64,000 nucleotides of DNA from Podarcis pityusensis (Eukaryota), in assembly GCA_964106645.2 (NCBI GenBank), contig OZ067038.1; one strand, 5' to 3'. Below the pieces are notes generated by a model. That model saw nothing but the letters and a program-made list of their open reading frames with translations, had not been told where the DNA came from and did no database searches. Made by a program: the position numbers and the translations under genes. Of this stretch, positions 63,919 to 64,000 are shown one piece after another. Every line of letters starts with the position of its first letter. Position 1 is the stretch's first letter.

Positions 63919-64000
63919 CCGTATATACTCAAGTATAAGCCGACCTGAATATAAGCCGAAGCATGTAATTTTACCACAAAAAACTGGGAAAACTTATTGA
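63919..64000. mobile_element. Tc2/pogo-like DNA transposon left end (runs off the window)
   Basis: ta|ccgtatatactcaagtataagccgac...tataagccga. Confidence 0.75.

Noticed and set aside
1-64000. CRISPR array, operon or other prokaryotic system; named host gene; known miRNA
   Set aside because: Vertebrate DNA with no regularly spaced repeat-spacer array; no candidate exon or hairpin matched a gene or miRNA I could recognise

Overview
This is eukaryotic DNA from a squamate reptile, most likely a lacertid lizard (inferred from Sauria/Squam1 SINEs, BovB, lizard-type L2/CR1 3' ends and dense TA-flanked Tigger-like MITEs). No protein-coding gene could be named. The window reads as intron or gene-desert sequence: many nested transposon fragments alternate with TE-free AT-rich blocks rich in homeodomain, TALE and SOX motifs. 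Highlights: (1) two solo LTRs with perfect 5-bp TSDs keep the same 110-codon frame, whose Arg-rich C-terminus shows 13 synonymous vs 4 replacement codon differences; (2) a chain of minus-strand splice-site pairs ends in a TE-free terminal exon with poly(A) signals; (3) three N-blocks look like post-hoc masking of conserved sequence, and one fits almost exactly inside a predicted exon; (4) a 470-bp polyadenylated insert with a 17-bp TSD splits a CR1; (5) a dispersed 5S-rRNA-headed SINE. Family names come from recognition of sequence by eye, not from a database search, and the ends of old elements are approximate.
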